Virus record (IMG/VR): IMGVR_UViG_3300028797_002668
Coordinates: 32,001-96,000 of that record
Direction: 5' to 3' (one strand)
DNA from: a virus
Lineage: Duplodnaviria; Caudoviricetes
DNA: 64,000 bases
Under the pieces are notes generated by a model, which saw only the letters and a list, made by a program, of their open reading frames with translations, did no database searches and was not told the origin of the DNA. Position numbers and translations under genes: made by a program. Below are positions 29,649-38,173 of the stretch, piece after piece. Positions within the stretch are counted from its first letter, which is position 1, and each line of letters begins with the position of its first letter.

Positions 29649-29810
29649 TTACTTCTTAGACGGACCGATAGACTCCATAATGGCAACCGACGCTGTGTCG
29701 ATACTCTTATTCATTGCCGATTCAAAGTACGACGAAACGATCCGCTTCACGGACACAGAATCGTTGTTTAAAATGCTCGACAATAAAACTTTTCCATCTT
29801 TCTCTATCAT
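29649..29810 (-). CDS. Small prohead core protein (gp67/gp68 position), 53 aa, MIEKDGK...
   Basis: Start reassigned downstream of the late promoter 29837-29844; directly upstream of gp21; IMES motif. Confidence 0.55.
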   Translation of the reverse strand: MIEKDGKVLLSSILNNDSVSVKRIVSSYFESAMNKSIDTASVAIMESIGPSKK

Positions 29811-29836
29811 CGTGAAAACCCGCTTGGTTACTATGC

Positions 29837-29844
29837 AGTTTATA
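29837..29844 (-). promoter_or_regulatory. Late promoter TATAAACT
   Basis: agtttata. Confidence 0.7.
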
Positions 29845-29869
29845 TAGTGTTGAAAACTTCTTAAAACAC

Positions 29870-29895
29870 AAAAGGCTGGCAAATGCCAGCCTTTT
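29870..29895 (-). terminator. Intrinsic terminator
   Basis: aaaaggctggca-aa-tgccagcctttt. Confidence 0.75.
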
Positions 29896-29912
29896 TAGAT
29901 ATGTATAACCGT

Positions 29913-30413
29913 TTAATCTTCTTGCTTCTGGATTTTCCACCACGTTATCGGATATTCGAATACGGTTTCGCCGTTACACAGCATACATCGTCGAGAAAAG
30001 TAATAGCTCTCGAACATTTTGACCAATCCAGAGAGTTCGGGCTTGTCGACGAATATCGTCGCATACACCGCCGAGATTCTTGGATCTTGCCTAGCTCGTT
30101 CCACGGCCATTTCGAGGAATTTCCGACCCAACCCCTCGCCGCGCAACTCGGACTTCAGCGTGCCGATTTTCAAACGAAAGCTAGGTGCAAAAGGCTTCTC
30201 CATCCGGCTATAATCCTCGTCCATGTCCTCAACCTTCGTATAGAGCATTGCCTTCAAATTCCCTTCGGTGTCATAGACAACGTCGCAACTCGTGTGTTCC
30301 TCAGCCTTGTTCTGGAACCAAGTGCTGAAATTGCGGTACATCGACTTCAAGCTGTCAAAAAACGGGTCGTCCAGATTCAACTGGTCAAACGTAGTAGAAA
30401 TTATATCTGCCAT
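29913..30413 (-). CDS. GNAT-fold acetyltransferase resembling the GNAT module of PIN-GNAT proteins
   Basis: LNLDDPFFDSLK..Y..F..WF..K; LKIGTLK..GEGLGRKFL; YATIF. Confidence 0.7.
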   Translation of the reverse strand: MADIISTTFDQLNLDDPFFDSLKSMYRNFSTWFQNKAEEHTSCDVVYDTEGNLKAMLYTKVEDMDEDYSRMEKPFAPSFRLKIGTLKSELRGEGLGRKFLEMAVERARQDPRISAVYATIFVDKPELSGLVKMFESYYFSRRCMLCNGETVFEYPITWWKIQKQED

Positions 30414-30421
30414 AATGCCTT

Positions 30422-30450
30422 ATTTTAGCAAAAAATGATTTGATTTCCAA
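30422..30450 (-). promoter_or_regulatory. Sigma70-type promoter TTGGAA-N17-TAAAAT
   Basis: Exact 17-bp spacer; -10 box 8 nt from the ATG (near-leaderless). Confidence 0.6.
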
Positions 30451-30456
30451 ATAAAA

Positions 30457-30482
30457 ACGGTGGCGAATCGCTTCGCCACCGT
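30457..30482 (-). terminator. Terminator of the major capsid gene
   Basis: acggtggcgaa-tcgc-ttcgccaccgt plus T-run on the minus strand. Confidence 0.85.
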
Positions 30483-30514
30483 CACCTAACCAAGGAGCAA
30501 AGTTAGGTCAACAA

Positions 30515-32017
30515 TTACCAGTTGTTGTTCTCGAAGGAGAGACCACCGGCCACGTTGACAAGGTTTTCCTTAGCACCCGGAACAGTCTCGTAAGAGAGAC
30601 CCGGCTGCAGAGAAGCACCGCCAACAGAACCGTTGGACTGCCACGGGTTGTTCTCAAGGTCAATGCCAGTGATGACGCTAGACACGTTCTTGAAGTGGAT
30701 CAAGCGGTAGAACTGACCAGCACCCAAGAGGTTAGCCACGATGGCATAACGAGACTTGACGATGAGACGCGGAGAACCATCTTCCTGACCAGCGGTCTTG
30801 CAGAAGATGTACGGGATGTAAGGCATCATGATGATACCAGACTCACCCTGACGCGGACCCTTATAACCAATCAAGGCATAAGAGGCGTTGGCGTAGATGT
30901 CCTGATAGAGCTTGATGTTGCCATTCAAGAGGCTACCAGCATCAGCCACACCACCAGCCGGCTGCACAGCGGCATCAGTCTGGAGGTAGGTCGGAGTGTA
31001 GATACCGTTGTTCAAGGTAGCGACAGCAGCAGCGATGTCCGGAGACACGATTGCAAAGTTACCGCAACCCATACGAGTGGTGAGAGCAATCTTACGAGAG
31101 ACAGCAATCATCGTGTTAACGATACCACCGGCGATACGTTCAGCAGCCCAGCGACCCATACCAGCGTTGAGACGCTGCGGATCAGCGAGGTCCATATCAA
31201 TCGGATTTTCACCACCGAGAGACGGAGTCTGAGCAACAATCACCATCGCCATGAGGATTTCACGGTCGATATTCTGCTGAATTTCGAACTGGAGACCTTC
31301 GAGGAGGAGAGCTTCAACGTCCTGACCGTGAGCAGCGGCCATGTCTTGCTGAAGTTCGATGGTGTAGTGAGACTTGATGGCACGAGTACCAACCTTGATG
31401 GCACCAGAAATCACCTTGATAGATGCTTTCTTGATGTTGAAGGAGTATGTACCATACTGGTCGTCACCGGCGACATAGGAGCCACCGAAGTTGTTGTAGA
31501 GGAGACCCGGCTGTTTCGGATCGAACGTGCCACCGTTAGCAGAAGCGCCAGTAGTAGCGGTGCCTTCCATATAGTTAGAAAGCATTTCACCAGCACCGGT
31601 GCTCCACGGGTTGAACGTACCAGCGAAGCCAGTGTGGTCGGCAACGAGGTCGTAACCGATTTCTTGCTTCTGACCGTTACGGAATGCCGTGGTCTTGGTC
31701 GGTTCGTTATCGTAGAGATAACGGAGAGCGAAGTAGATACCCATCGGAGTCGTAGTCGGGATGACGGCGACCGTCTTCATCGCAAGGAGTTCCGGGAACT
31801 GGCGACGAATCATCGGGAGAGCGTACTGCTGATACTGAGCAACGTCAGCGGAGACGTTGGAAGCTTCAATCAATGCGCCACGGTTCAACTTGTTCTGGTT
31901 TTCGAGAAGAGTAGCAATCACGCTAGCTTCAGCACGGGTGTGCATAGCCGGGCCGAGGTTGGACTCAAGCACAGACTGCCACTTACGAGTGAGGTTCTTC
32001 TTTTGAAGTGTCTGCAT
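30515..32017 (-). CDS. gp23: Major capsid protein gp23-like
   Basis: KWQSVLE, LLENQ, LPMIRR, YTIELQQDMAAAHG, IDREI, GNFAIVSP, GYKG, PYIP, KSRYAIVAN. Confidence 0.97.
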   Translation of the reverse strand: MQTLQKKNLTRKWQSVLESNLGPAMHTRAEASVIATLLENQNKLNRGALIEASNVSADVAQYQQYALPMIRRQFPELLAMKTVAVIPTTTPMGIYFALRYLYDNEPTKTTAFRNGQKQEIGYDLVADHTGFAGTFNPWSTGAGEMLSNYMEGTATTGASANGGTFDPKQPGLLYNNFGGSYVAGDDQYGTYSFNIKKASIKVISGAIKVGTRAIKSHYTIELQQDMAAAHGQDVEALLLEGLQFEIQQNIDREILMAMVIVAQTPSLGGENPIDMDLADPQRLNAGMGRWAAERIAGGIVNTMIAVSRKIALTTRMGCGNFAIVSPDIAAAVATLNNGIYTPTYLQTDAAVQPAGGVADAGSLLNGNIKLYQDIYANASYALIGYKGPRQGESGIIMMPYIPYIFCKTAGQEDGSPRLIVKSRYAIVANLLGAGQFYRLIHFKNVSSVITGIDLENNPWQSNGSVGGASLQPGLSYETVPGAKENLVNVAGGLSFENNNW

Positions 32018-32153
32018 AGTGTTACCTACTTAGGTTTTGTTTAACAACTGCCTTATCGGCAGCACCATGCTGCTCAAAGGCTTCATGACATAATGTTTAG
32101 CAGACACCGAAAAAGGCGTTAAAAAATGGGTCAAAAACCTACATTGAAACGAC

Positions 32154-32186
32154 AAAGACCATATTTCGGAGAGAAATACGGTCTTT
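32154..32186 (-). terminator. Stem-loop/terminator
   Basis: aaagaccatatttc-ggaga-gaaatacggtcttt. Confidence 0.6.
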
Positions 32187-32221
32187 AAGAAGAGTTGGAA
32201 CTGGATTACCGATTCATGATA

Positions 32222-33148
32222 TTACCCGTTATCGTATTCTGGATTATACAATCCCTCTTCGGTACGATTTAGCCAGAATTCCTTCGTATTTTCATTACCC
32301 TCTTCACGGGCACCTTTATCGTAGAGAAGGTTTATGTAAATAGTAAGCATATTTAGCGGGCTTCGTCTGTTTTCACCAGCTGAGGTAATATCATTTGTAT
32401 TTTTCCATACAAAACGGTCACCATTGTATTCTAATACAAACGTACCTATAGGCTTTTTCAAGTTGTTAGCATAATTTTCAACAGCTTGCTTATAGTTAGA
32501 CGGATTAGAGGAGAATACTTCATCGTCTATATATTCGTTGTCATCGCAGAATGGAAGTGCATATGTAAGTTTTAACCTTCCGTCAGGACCTTCATATTTC
32601 CAATAATGAGTATAACAATCACCTTCCGATGGGGTTTCAAATGAATGAATATAATTGTATAAGTCACCCAACTTTTCTCTAATTAACTTATTGCATCGGT
32701 CAACTACATCATAATATTGCGTTTTAATCATATCATCGGTAGCTGGGTCCGCATTTTTATGTACATAATTATAAAGCCGGCGTTCATGTCGTTCTTCAGG
32801 ACCGAAACCACCTAAATCAACCGAGTGTTGGTTATCATAACCCTTATTAAGCGTGGAATTCACATTATGCGAATCAAAAAATTTTTTATATTTTTCCGGA
32901 GTCAGTTTGTGATCCGACTCCCAGTTACGGTCGGTTAGATTATGGATTCGTTCCAACCGTTCCTTTGGCGTAGATAAAATAGGAGACGGGTCGCCAGCTG
33001 CGTATGCTTCAGTACATACCTTAGCCATTTCGGCGGTTTCGCAGTAAGCCTTGAAACCCTCGGAAAGAGGTGCGACTGCTTCAACGCAGTTGAACGTCTT
33101 GCAGACTCCTTCCATGAAGGCGATAAATGTCTTTTCTTGCTTAGTCAT
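32222..33148 (-). CDS. Hypothetical protein with conserved 38-aa leader and AT-rich cargo region (candidate internal head protein)
   Basis: Leader shared with 16853..17488; late-variant promoter AATAAACT at 33177-33184; own terminator; lies between portal and capsid genes. Confidence 0.8.
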   Translation of the reverse strand: MTKQEKTFIAFMEGVCKTFNCVEAVAPLSEGFKAYCETAEMAKVCTEAYAAGDPSPILSTPKERLERIHNLTDRNWESDHKLTPEKYKKFFDSHNVNSTLNKGYDNQHSVDLGGFGPEERHERRLYNYVHKNADPATDDMIKTQYYDVVDRCNKLIREKLGDLYNYIHSFETPSEGDCYTHYWKYEGPDGRLKLTYALPFCDDNEYIDDEVFSSNPSNYKQAVENYANNLKKPIGTFVLEYNGDRFVWKNTNDITSAGENRRSPLNMLTIYINLLYDKGAREEGNENTKEFWLNRTEEGLYNPEYDNG

Positions 33149-33196
33149 CGTATTAAAAACTCCAGTATTTACACGTAGTTTATTAAATGTGTATGA

Positions 33197-33222
33197 AAAA
33201 GGCGACCTTCAGGCCGCCTTTT
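33197..33222 (-). terminator. Terminator after portal
   Basis: aaaaggcgacc-ttca-ggccgcctttt. Confidence 0.7.
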
Positions 33223-33227
33223 GGTTA

Positions 33228-34943
33228 TCACATACCAGGTACTGGCGGAGGAGGCGGAGCACCGCCACCCATATCGCCACCGCCCATCGGTGCGCCTCCA
33301 GAACTATCGTCTTCGCCGCCTTCGCCAGCAGCCTCGTCCTCCTCTTCCTTACACCACTTCTTGTTGAGCAAGTAGACTTCGTCGGTGAGACGCAAGCCAT
33401 AACGGAGAGCAAACTGCTTGGAAAGTGCGCCGTTCGGGTTTTCCTTTGACGAAACATGCTTCATCATAGCATCGAATACTGCAAGCTTAGTCGTCCATTC
33501 TTCGGAATCGATGAAGTTCTTGAAACCATTGGACTTCTTGAAACGAACAGTGTATAGTTCTTGAAGCTTGATATTGTCATCAATTGTATTGTCAGTATTC
33601 AGCACCATGATAAAGAGGCGAATAAGGATCTCCTCGAATGGTGTCTGGTAACGTTCGACCAAGCGAGCAAAAGAGACTTCTGCTTGTGTGACTTCACCGA
33701 TCTTACCTTGAGAGTAGTTCTGGGAGTCGCCAGCAAGAGCGGTAATACGTCCCGGAGGAACCATCAAGGCGTTCACAAGGTTTCTCTTAAAGAATTTCAA
33801 GTCGTCAATGTTGCCAAGCTGATCGCCACCAGCCATACGCTCGATACCAGAACCAGTACGACCGTTACCAACGCCAATCACAAAGTGTTCAGTCAAACCA
33901 ATCGCTTTACCAAAATTCGTAATTTCGCCAGTCATCGGGTTGTAATCGAGCTTACGCGAGAACATCTTGGACTGGTCTTTCATATACTTTTCGGCGGTCG
34001 CCTTGGTCATACCAGAAACGTCGCACTTGAGAACGAGCTTTTCAGAACCCCAGAGAACACGGTACATCACCACCGAATCTTCGATGGTATTCAGCTGGTT
34101 ATACGGCTTCATAGCCGGTTCAAGGATAGAACGAGGGTCATTGATGCCGCCCGGACCGGCCATACCGAGGGAAGCGTAAAGAATCTGTTGCGGAGAGAAA
34201 TCAATGTAGTTCTTGCCGTTGGTCTGCTGCGATACCGGACCGGTGAGCATCTGTCGGAAACCAATGATAAGGTTGTCCTGAACCACTACAATCATATTTT
34301 CTTCCGGAAGCATATTCAAGCCGACAATCTTGTTCGACTCGACGTCATAAATAACTTCGAAAAATATACGGCCACGAGTAAGGAGGTACTTCATGTACTC
34401 CCAACCCTTGCTATGTAACTTGAAAATACGTCGTAAGACTTGCTGACGGAAAATCTTGCCAATCTTGATTTTCACGGCATCGCCAATAATGGCATCCGGG
34501 TCAATCTTGAGAGAACAGATTTCGTCAAGGTCATCCTTGTACATACCCTCGTTACAGAGCTGGATCAAGGATTCATTCACTTCCGAACGGCAAGCGACCG
34601 TATCGTACTTCAATGCACGCTCGACGTTCTTGCGCCAGTAAAGCTCGACTTGGTTTTCGGCGATGGCGTTCTGGATGCGCTGTGGGTCAATCTTGTCGGT
34701 CGCGATACCCAAAGCTGGCATATAGCTGCTGAAACCGTCCGGCGAGTTGCCGTTCGGGTACATCATCTGGCTAATGCCTTGACCCACTATATTTCGTGAT
34801 GCACGGATTTGTCTAACCACGTCACCACGGTTGAAAATTCGGTCAAACAACTGACCCTTTTCGTTAGCGGCACCGTAATCTCGGACGTGTGAAAGCACGC
34901 GAGAGGCCACCGTATCTGTCTTCGGTAATTTTTTCGACAGCAT
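33228..34943 (-). CDS. gp20: Portal protein gp20-like
   Basis: GRIFF, SILEPAMKPYNQLNTIEDSVVMYR, DVSGM...AEKY, LGNIDDLKFF...ALMVP..R, EVSFARLVER. Confidence 0.95.
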   Translation of the reverse strand: MLSKKLPKTDTVASRVLSHVRDYGAANEKGQLFDRIFNRGDVVRQIRASRNIVGQGISQMMYPNGNSPDGFSSYMPALGIATDKIDPQRIQNAIAENQVELYWRKNVERALKYDTVACRSEVNESLIQLCNEGMYKDDLDEICSLKIDPDAIIGDAVKIKIGKIFRQQVLRRIFKLHSKGWEYMKYLLTRGRIFFEVIYDVESNKIVGLNMLPEENMIVVVQDNLIIGFRQMLTGPVSQQTNGKNYIDFSPQQILYASLGMAGPGGINDPRSILEPAMKPYNQLNTIEDSVVMYRVLWGSEKLVLKCDVSGMTKATAEKYMKDQSKMFSRKLDYNPMTGEITNFGKAIGLTEHFVIGVGNGRTGSGIERMAGGDQLGNIDDLKFFKRNLVNALMVPPGRITALAGDSQNYSQGKIGEVTQAEVSFARLVERYQTPFEEILIRLFIMVLNTDNTIDDNIKLQELYTVRFKKSNGFKNFIDSEEWTTKLAVFDAMMKHVSSKENPNGALSKQFALRYGLRLTDEVYLLNKKWCKEEEDEAAGEGGEDDSSGGAPMGGGDMGGGAPPPPPVPGM

Positions 34944-34945
34944 AA

Positions 34946-35143
34946 CTACCCCCAGGACAAAACTAGTCCGTTGTACTCAATGACAAACTTCGGTACGCGT
35001 TCTTTCACGTAAAAGTCCTTGAGTTCTTCTGAATGAATGTTCTTGGAAAGCAACCTCTTCTGAAGCAAGAGGCAGTTTGATATGTAGATGAAATCGTCAG
35101 CACCTACGTGAAACAAAGGCTTTCCGTTATAATTATCCGCCAT
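34946..35143 (-). CDS. Small hypothetical protein (65 aa, MADNYNG...)
   Basis: Start reassigned to ATG 35143; tiles between 35133..35876 and the portal gene. Confidence 0.6.
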   Translation of the reverse strand: MADNYNGKPLFHVGADDFIYISNCLLLQKRLLSKNIHSEELKDFYVKERVPKFVIEYNGLVLSWG

Positions 35144-35876
35144 ACGATGCCAGCTGCCTCCATAAGCGAGCATAGTTGTCGCTATCGTCCGTGTTCTTTG
35201 AGCACAAATCATTTTTGATAAAATACTTCGCGAGACGAACGGCCAGCAAGTGGCCTTCGGGTAGAAGCTGACGATAATCGGCCAGACCACCCTTCTTCAA
35301 ATAATCAACTATTTCGTTACGTGAACCGAGCGAGCGGACGCTGAAAGTCGACTCGACAGACGGCAGAACATAACGAGCATATGAATCGTCTGAAACAAGT
35401 TCGCTGTTATTCCTAATTGCCGCCATAATAAAGTTGGCAATGGTCAATGCACGTTCGAGACGCTGTTCCTTGGACATTCCGTCGGCCTCCTCGTCCACAT
35501 ACTCGCCACGTCCACGCTGTTCCGGTGGAAGGTAGGAGGTTTCCTCGACAAGAGCTATAACGGGTTCGAATTTCTTCCAGTAGCCATCAGTCTTGCCGCC
35601 AGCCATCAGATACATCGCGTCAAGGTCGTCATAATCAGCGGATAAGGCTGCAATACCCTTTTCACCGAGCAGACCCTTGAGCTGCATAATGAACTTATCC
35701 AGATTAGTATAAGCCCAAGAACCGGTCGTCGCATTCGCTATGGGGTTTCCCATATCGTCGATAGCGCCAGAGAAGTAGGAATCGCTTTTTTCGATAGGAC
35801 AACGCAACCGCTTCATAAGGTATGCATATACCATATCATCAAATTCTGCTTTTTTAGTCTTGTACAGCTTTGCCAT
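35133..35876 (-). CDS. Conserved T4-like phage hypothetical protein
   Basis: YAYLMKRL..P.EKSDSY..GAIDDMG...AYT.LDKFIMQLKGLL resembles a widespread T4-like family (recalled, not searched). Confidence 0.6.
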   Translation of the reverse strand: MAKLYKTKKAEFDDMVYAYLMKRLRCPIEKSDSYFSGAIDDMGNPIANATTGSWAYTNLDKFIMQLKGLLGEKGIAALSADYDDLDAMYLMAGGKTDGYWKKFEPVIALVEETSYLPPEQRGRGEYVDEEADGMSKEQRLERALTIANFIMAAIRNNSELVSDDSYARYVLPSVESTFSVRSLGSRNEIVDYLKKGGLADYRQLLPEGHLLAVRLAKYFIKNDLCSKNTDDSDNYARLWRQLASYGG

Positions 35877-35884
35877 AGTTATAC

Positions 35885-38071
35885 CTACTTTGTAGCCTTG
35901 AGCACTTGGTCATGCGTAAACACCATGTCCCAAGCGTACTTGTTTTTCATATTGTCGTTATTCATAAAGCAAAGGACCGTCGGTTGCGGAGCCGGACCGG
36001 AACTGAGCGGAGGATGCGGCTTATTCTTATCTTGCCATACTTCGATATGGAACGCCGGGTCTTTGACTTTCGGGCCACCGTATTCAGCCGGACCGAAGTA
36101 AGCCTTGAGATATCCTTCGAGTCGAGCCTCGTAACAAGCGTTATTAAACCGTTTTAGCTGTTCCTCATTGTAATGGAATTCCTTTCTAGTAGAGGTCGGA
36201 CCCATATCGACCGCTTGTACGATTGTCTGGTCTTGTCCGTGATTAGAGACCGGCGTTCCGGCCTTCATCAAATCCTCGCATTTTTTCTGCATCTTGCGAC
36301 GTGCTTCTTCAATGTCGGACGATTTTTCCAACCGTCTAAGCACGCCGTTGTTTACGCGTTTCGATACGTCTGTATACTGCTGGTCGACTTCTCGACCGGC
36401 AGCACCATAGTTAACCGCTATTTGTCCATTGTGGCTCTGCCTATTATTGAGCATTGCACGTGTCTGTGCTTCGGGGCTTCTATATACAGACGTGATAACG
36501 ACACCGGGAAGCTGAGCCTTGGCCAATATGTAACGAATAGTATCGAGAGTTACATCCGATACTTCGTTCGAACCCTTTTCAGCATAGTTCAATATTTTGA
36601 AATTATTCGGATCGATAGGAATTGGGATATTCTTGTTTTCGTAGACCTTGATTGTACCTTTGACCAGCCAGCCAAAATTTCTTTTTAACAGCTGAGACAT
36701 GGTATGATCAGTCTTTACCGGAATCTGTCCGAACTCAATCACATCCAGTCCACATTCTTTATAAATCTTGTTGGCCTCGTCAATACGGCGCTTGCGAAGT
36801 TCATATGCATTCGGATTCGAATCGTAGGTCATATGCGATAATAGATCGGCAACCAGTTCAAAATGCAAATATGCCAGCTTACTATCCTTCGGTACCCCAT
36901 TAGCGACGATTACATTCTTTCCATAATCAGAATAATTCGCAGTAACAACTTGTCCATTATCATCCAAATAAGTCATATCAGGTAGCAAATGCAATGTCAT
37001 TGTCTTTGTAGAACCAGTAAGATACGCCATACCTACGTTAACGCAATACGAAATAAACCCAGATTCCGGACAAATCTTCGGATCAACGGCAAGTCCGTTT
37101 GTCTTGAGATAGCTGCATATAGCGGTTTTTACGGCTTCTGGGCAAGAGTTGTGGGTAATGCATCCCCAGTGCAAATAAGCCCAGTTGTTGTCATTTTTTA
37201 TTGCACCCCAAAGCAAGAGCTGTATCATCTTGAAATAGGCCAACTGGAGTTGTCCCTCTGTAAGTTCGAATTCTTTCTGTTCATCCGTCAGTTCAGCATA
37301 GATCTTGTCAGAAACTTCATATATAGTGTTAAACTGTTCTGCGGTGACACCGTTCTGCGCATCGCCGACTGGATTCCCTTCACCGTCGATATCAGGAACG
37401 GAAAAAATCATTTTAAGTACAAGTAACCTAGCCACGCCGCCAGTATTCAGCTTGATTCCGGCACCAATAGCTACACTACCGTCATCCGCCTCATAGAACT
37501 TATTCGACTTAAACGTTTCATGGTCATACAAAAAAGTCCAATCTGGCGGATAGGTTCCTTTTTTGAACGCATTAGCGAAACTAATCGGAAGTCCGCTAAA
37601 TCCAATACATATTGGAGGAACTACATCTGGGTCAAACTTACATCCACCTTGGATAGACGCAACCAAACTGGAAAGCGATTGTCTAGTTGCTTCAGAAGCG
37701 CCACCAGTAAGACCACCAAGAGCAGCACCTATACCATCGAGTTCGGCTGCCGACATTGCGCCACGCTGGTCCAGCTTGTTAATAATTCCTTCAACACCTG
37801 GATATAATACACCATATTCTTCATTACCCAAGTAATCTTGCAATATTTCGGCAATCGCGTCACACAAGTCTGATATTCGATGCTGGTTATATTCAGGAAC
37901 ACCAGCACGTTGCCACGCGGTCAAGTTATTGGCCTCGTCAGCGATATCGAAAAAACCATGCTTAGTCATGATTTCGTAAAACTTGCCGGAAGTGCCTTTT
38001 GCCTTCTCGGTAGCCTTCTCAAGCATTCCCTTGGTTCTTCCAGAAAAATGTCCATTTGGCATCGAGTTCAT
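35885..38071 (-). CDS. Virion-associated peptidoglycan hydrolase: lysozyme-like domain plus M15-like metallopeptidase
   Basis: HETF...DDGSVAIGAG and RKRRIDEA (GH24-like); ITSVYRSPEAQ, VSNH...AVD, FHIE (M15-like). Start moved to 38071 (or 38062) because the late promoter lies at 38079-38086. Confidence 0.6.
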   Translation of the reverse strand: MNSMPNGHFSGRTKGMLEKATEKAKGTSGKFYEIMTKHGFFDIADEANNLTAWQRAGVPEYNQHRISDLCDAIAEILQDYLGNEEYGVLYPGVEGIINKLDQRGAMSAAELDGIGAALGGLTGGASEATRQSLSSLVASIQGGCKFDPDVVPPICIGFSGLPISFANAFKKGTYPPDWTFLYDHETFKSNKFYEADDGSVAIGAGIKLNTGGVARLLVLKMIFSVPDIDGEGNPVGDAQNGVTAEQFNTIYEVSDKIYAELTDEQKEFELTEGQLQLAYFKMIQLLLWGAIKNDNNWAYLHWGCITHNSCPEAVKTAICSYLKTNGLAVDPKICPESGFISYCVNVGMAYLTGSTKTMTLHLLPDMTYLDDNGQVVTANYSDYGKNVIVANGVPKDSKLAYLHFELVADLLSHMTYDSNPNAYELRKRRIDEANKIYKECGLDVIEFGQIPVKTDHTMSQLLKRNFGWLVKGTIKVYENKNIPIPIDPNNFKILNYAEKGSNEVSDVTLDTIRYILAKAQLPGVVITSVYRSPEAQTRAMLNNRQSHNGQIAVNYGAAGREVDQQYTDVSKRVNNGVLRRLEKSSDIEEARRKMQKKCEDLMKAGTPVSNHGQDQTIVQAVDMGPTSTRKEFHYNEEQLKRFNNACYEARLEGYLKAYFGPAEYGGPKVKDPAFHIEVWQDKNKPHPPLSSGPAPQPTVLCFMNNDNMKNKYAWDMVFTHDQVLKATK

Positions 38072-38078
38072 ATTCCGC

Positions 38079-38086
38079 AGTTTATA
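38079..38086 (-). promoter_or_regulatory. Late promoter TATAAACT
   Basis: cgcagtttatatactttt, identical in context to the 13188 copy. Confidence 0.7.
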
Positions 38087-38128
38087 TACTTTTGCCAATT
38101 TTCCTTGAAATTAGTCCATTTACACAAA

Positions 38129-38154
38129 AAAGCCGCTCCTAATGGAGCGGCTTT
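38129..38154 (-). terminator. Intrinsic terminator
   Basis: aaagccgctcc-taat-ggagcggcttt. Confidence 0.8.
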
Positions 38155-38173
38155 CGAGGATACTATGATATGA

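Noticed and set aside
30695-32044. 449-aa + strand ORF, and similar long antisense ORFs at 27980, 33561, 38691, 38960, 46472 and 49159
   Set aside because: They lie antisense to clearly identified genes with strong codon bias and show no recognisable motifs; treated as shadow ORFs
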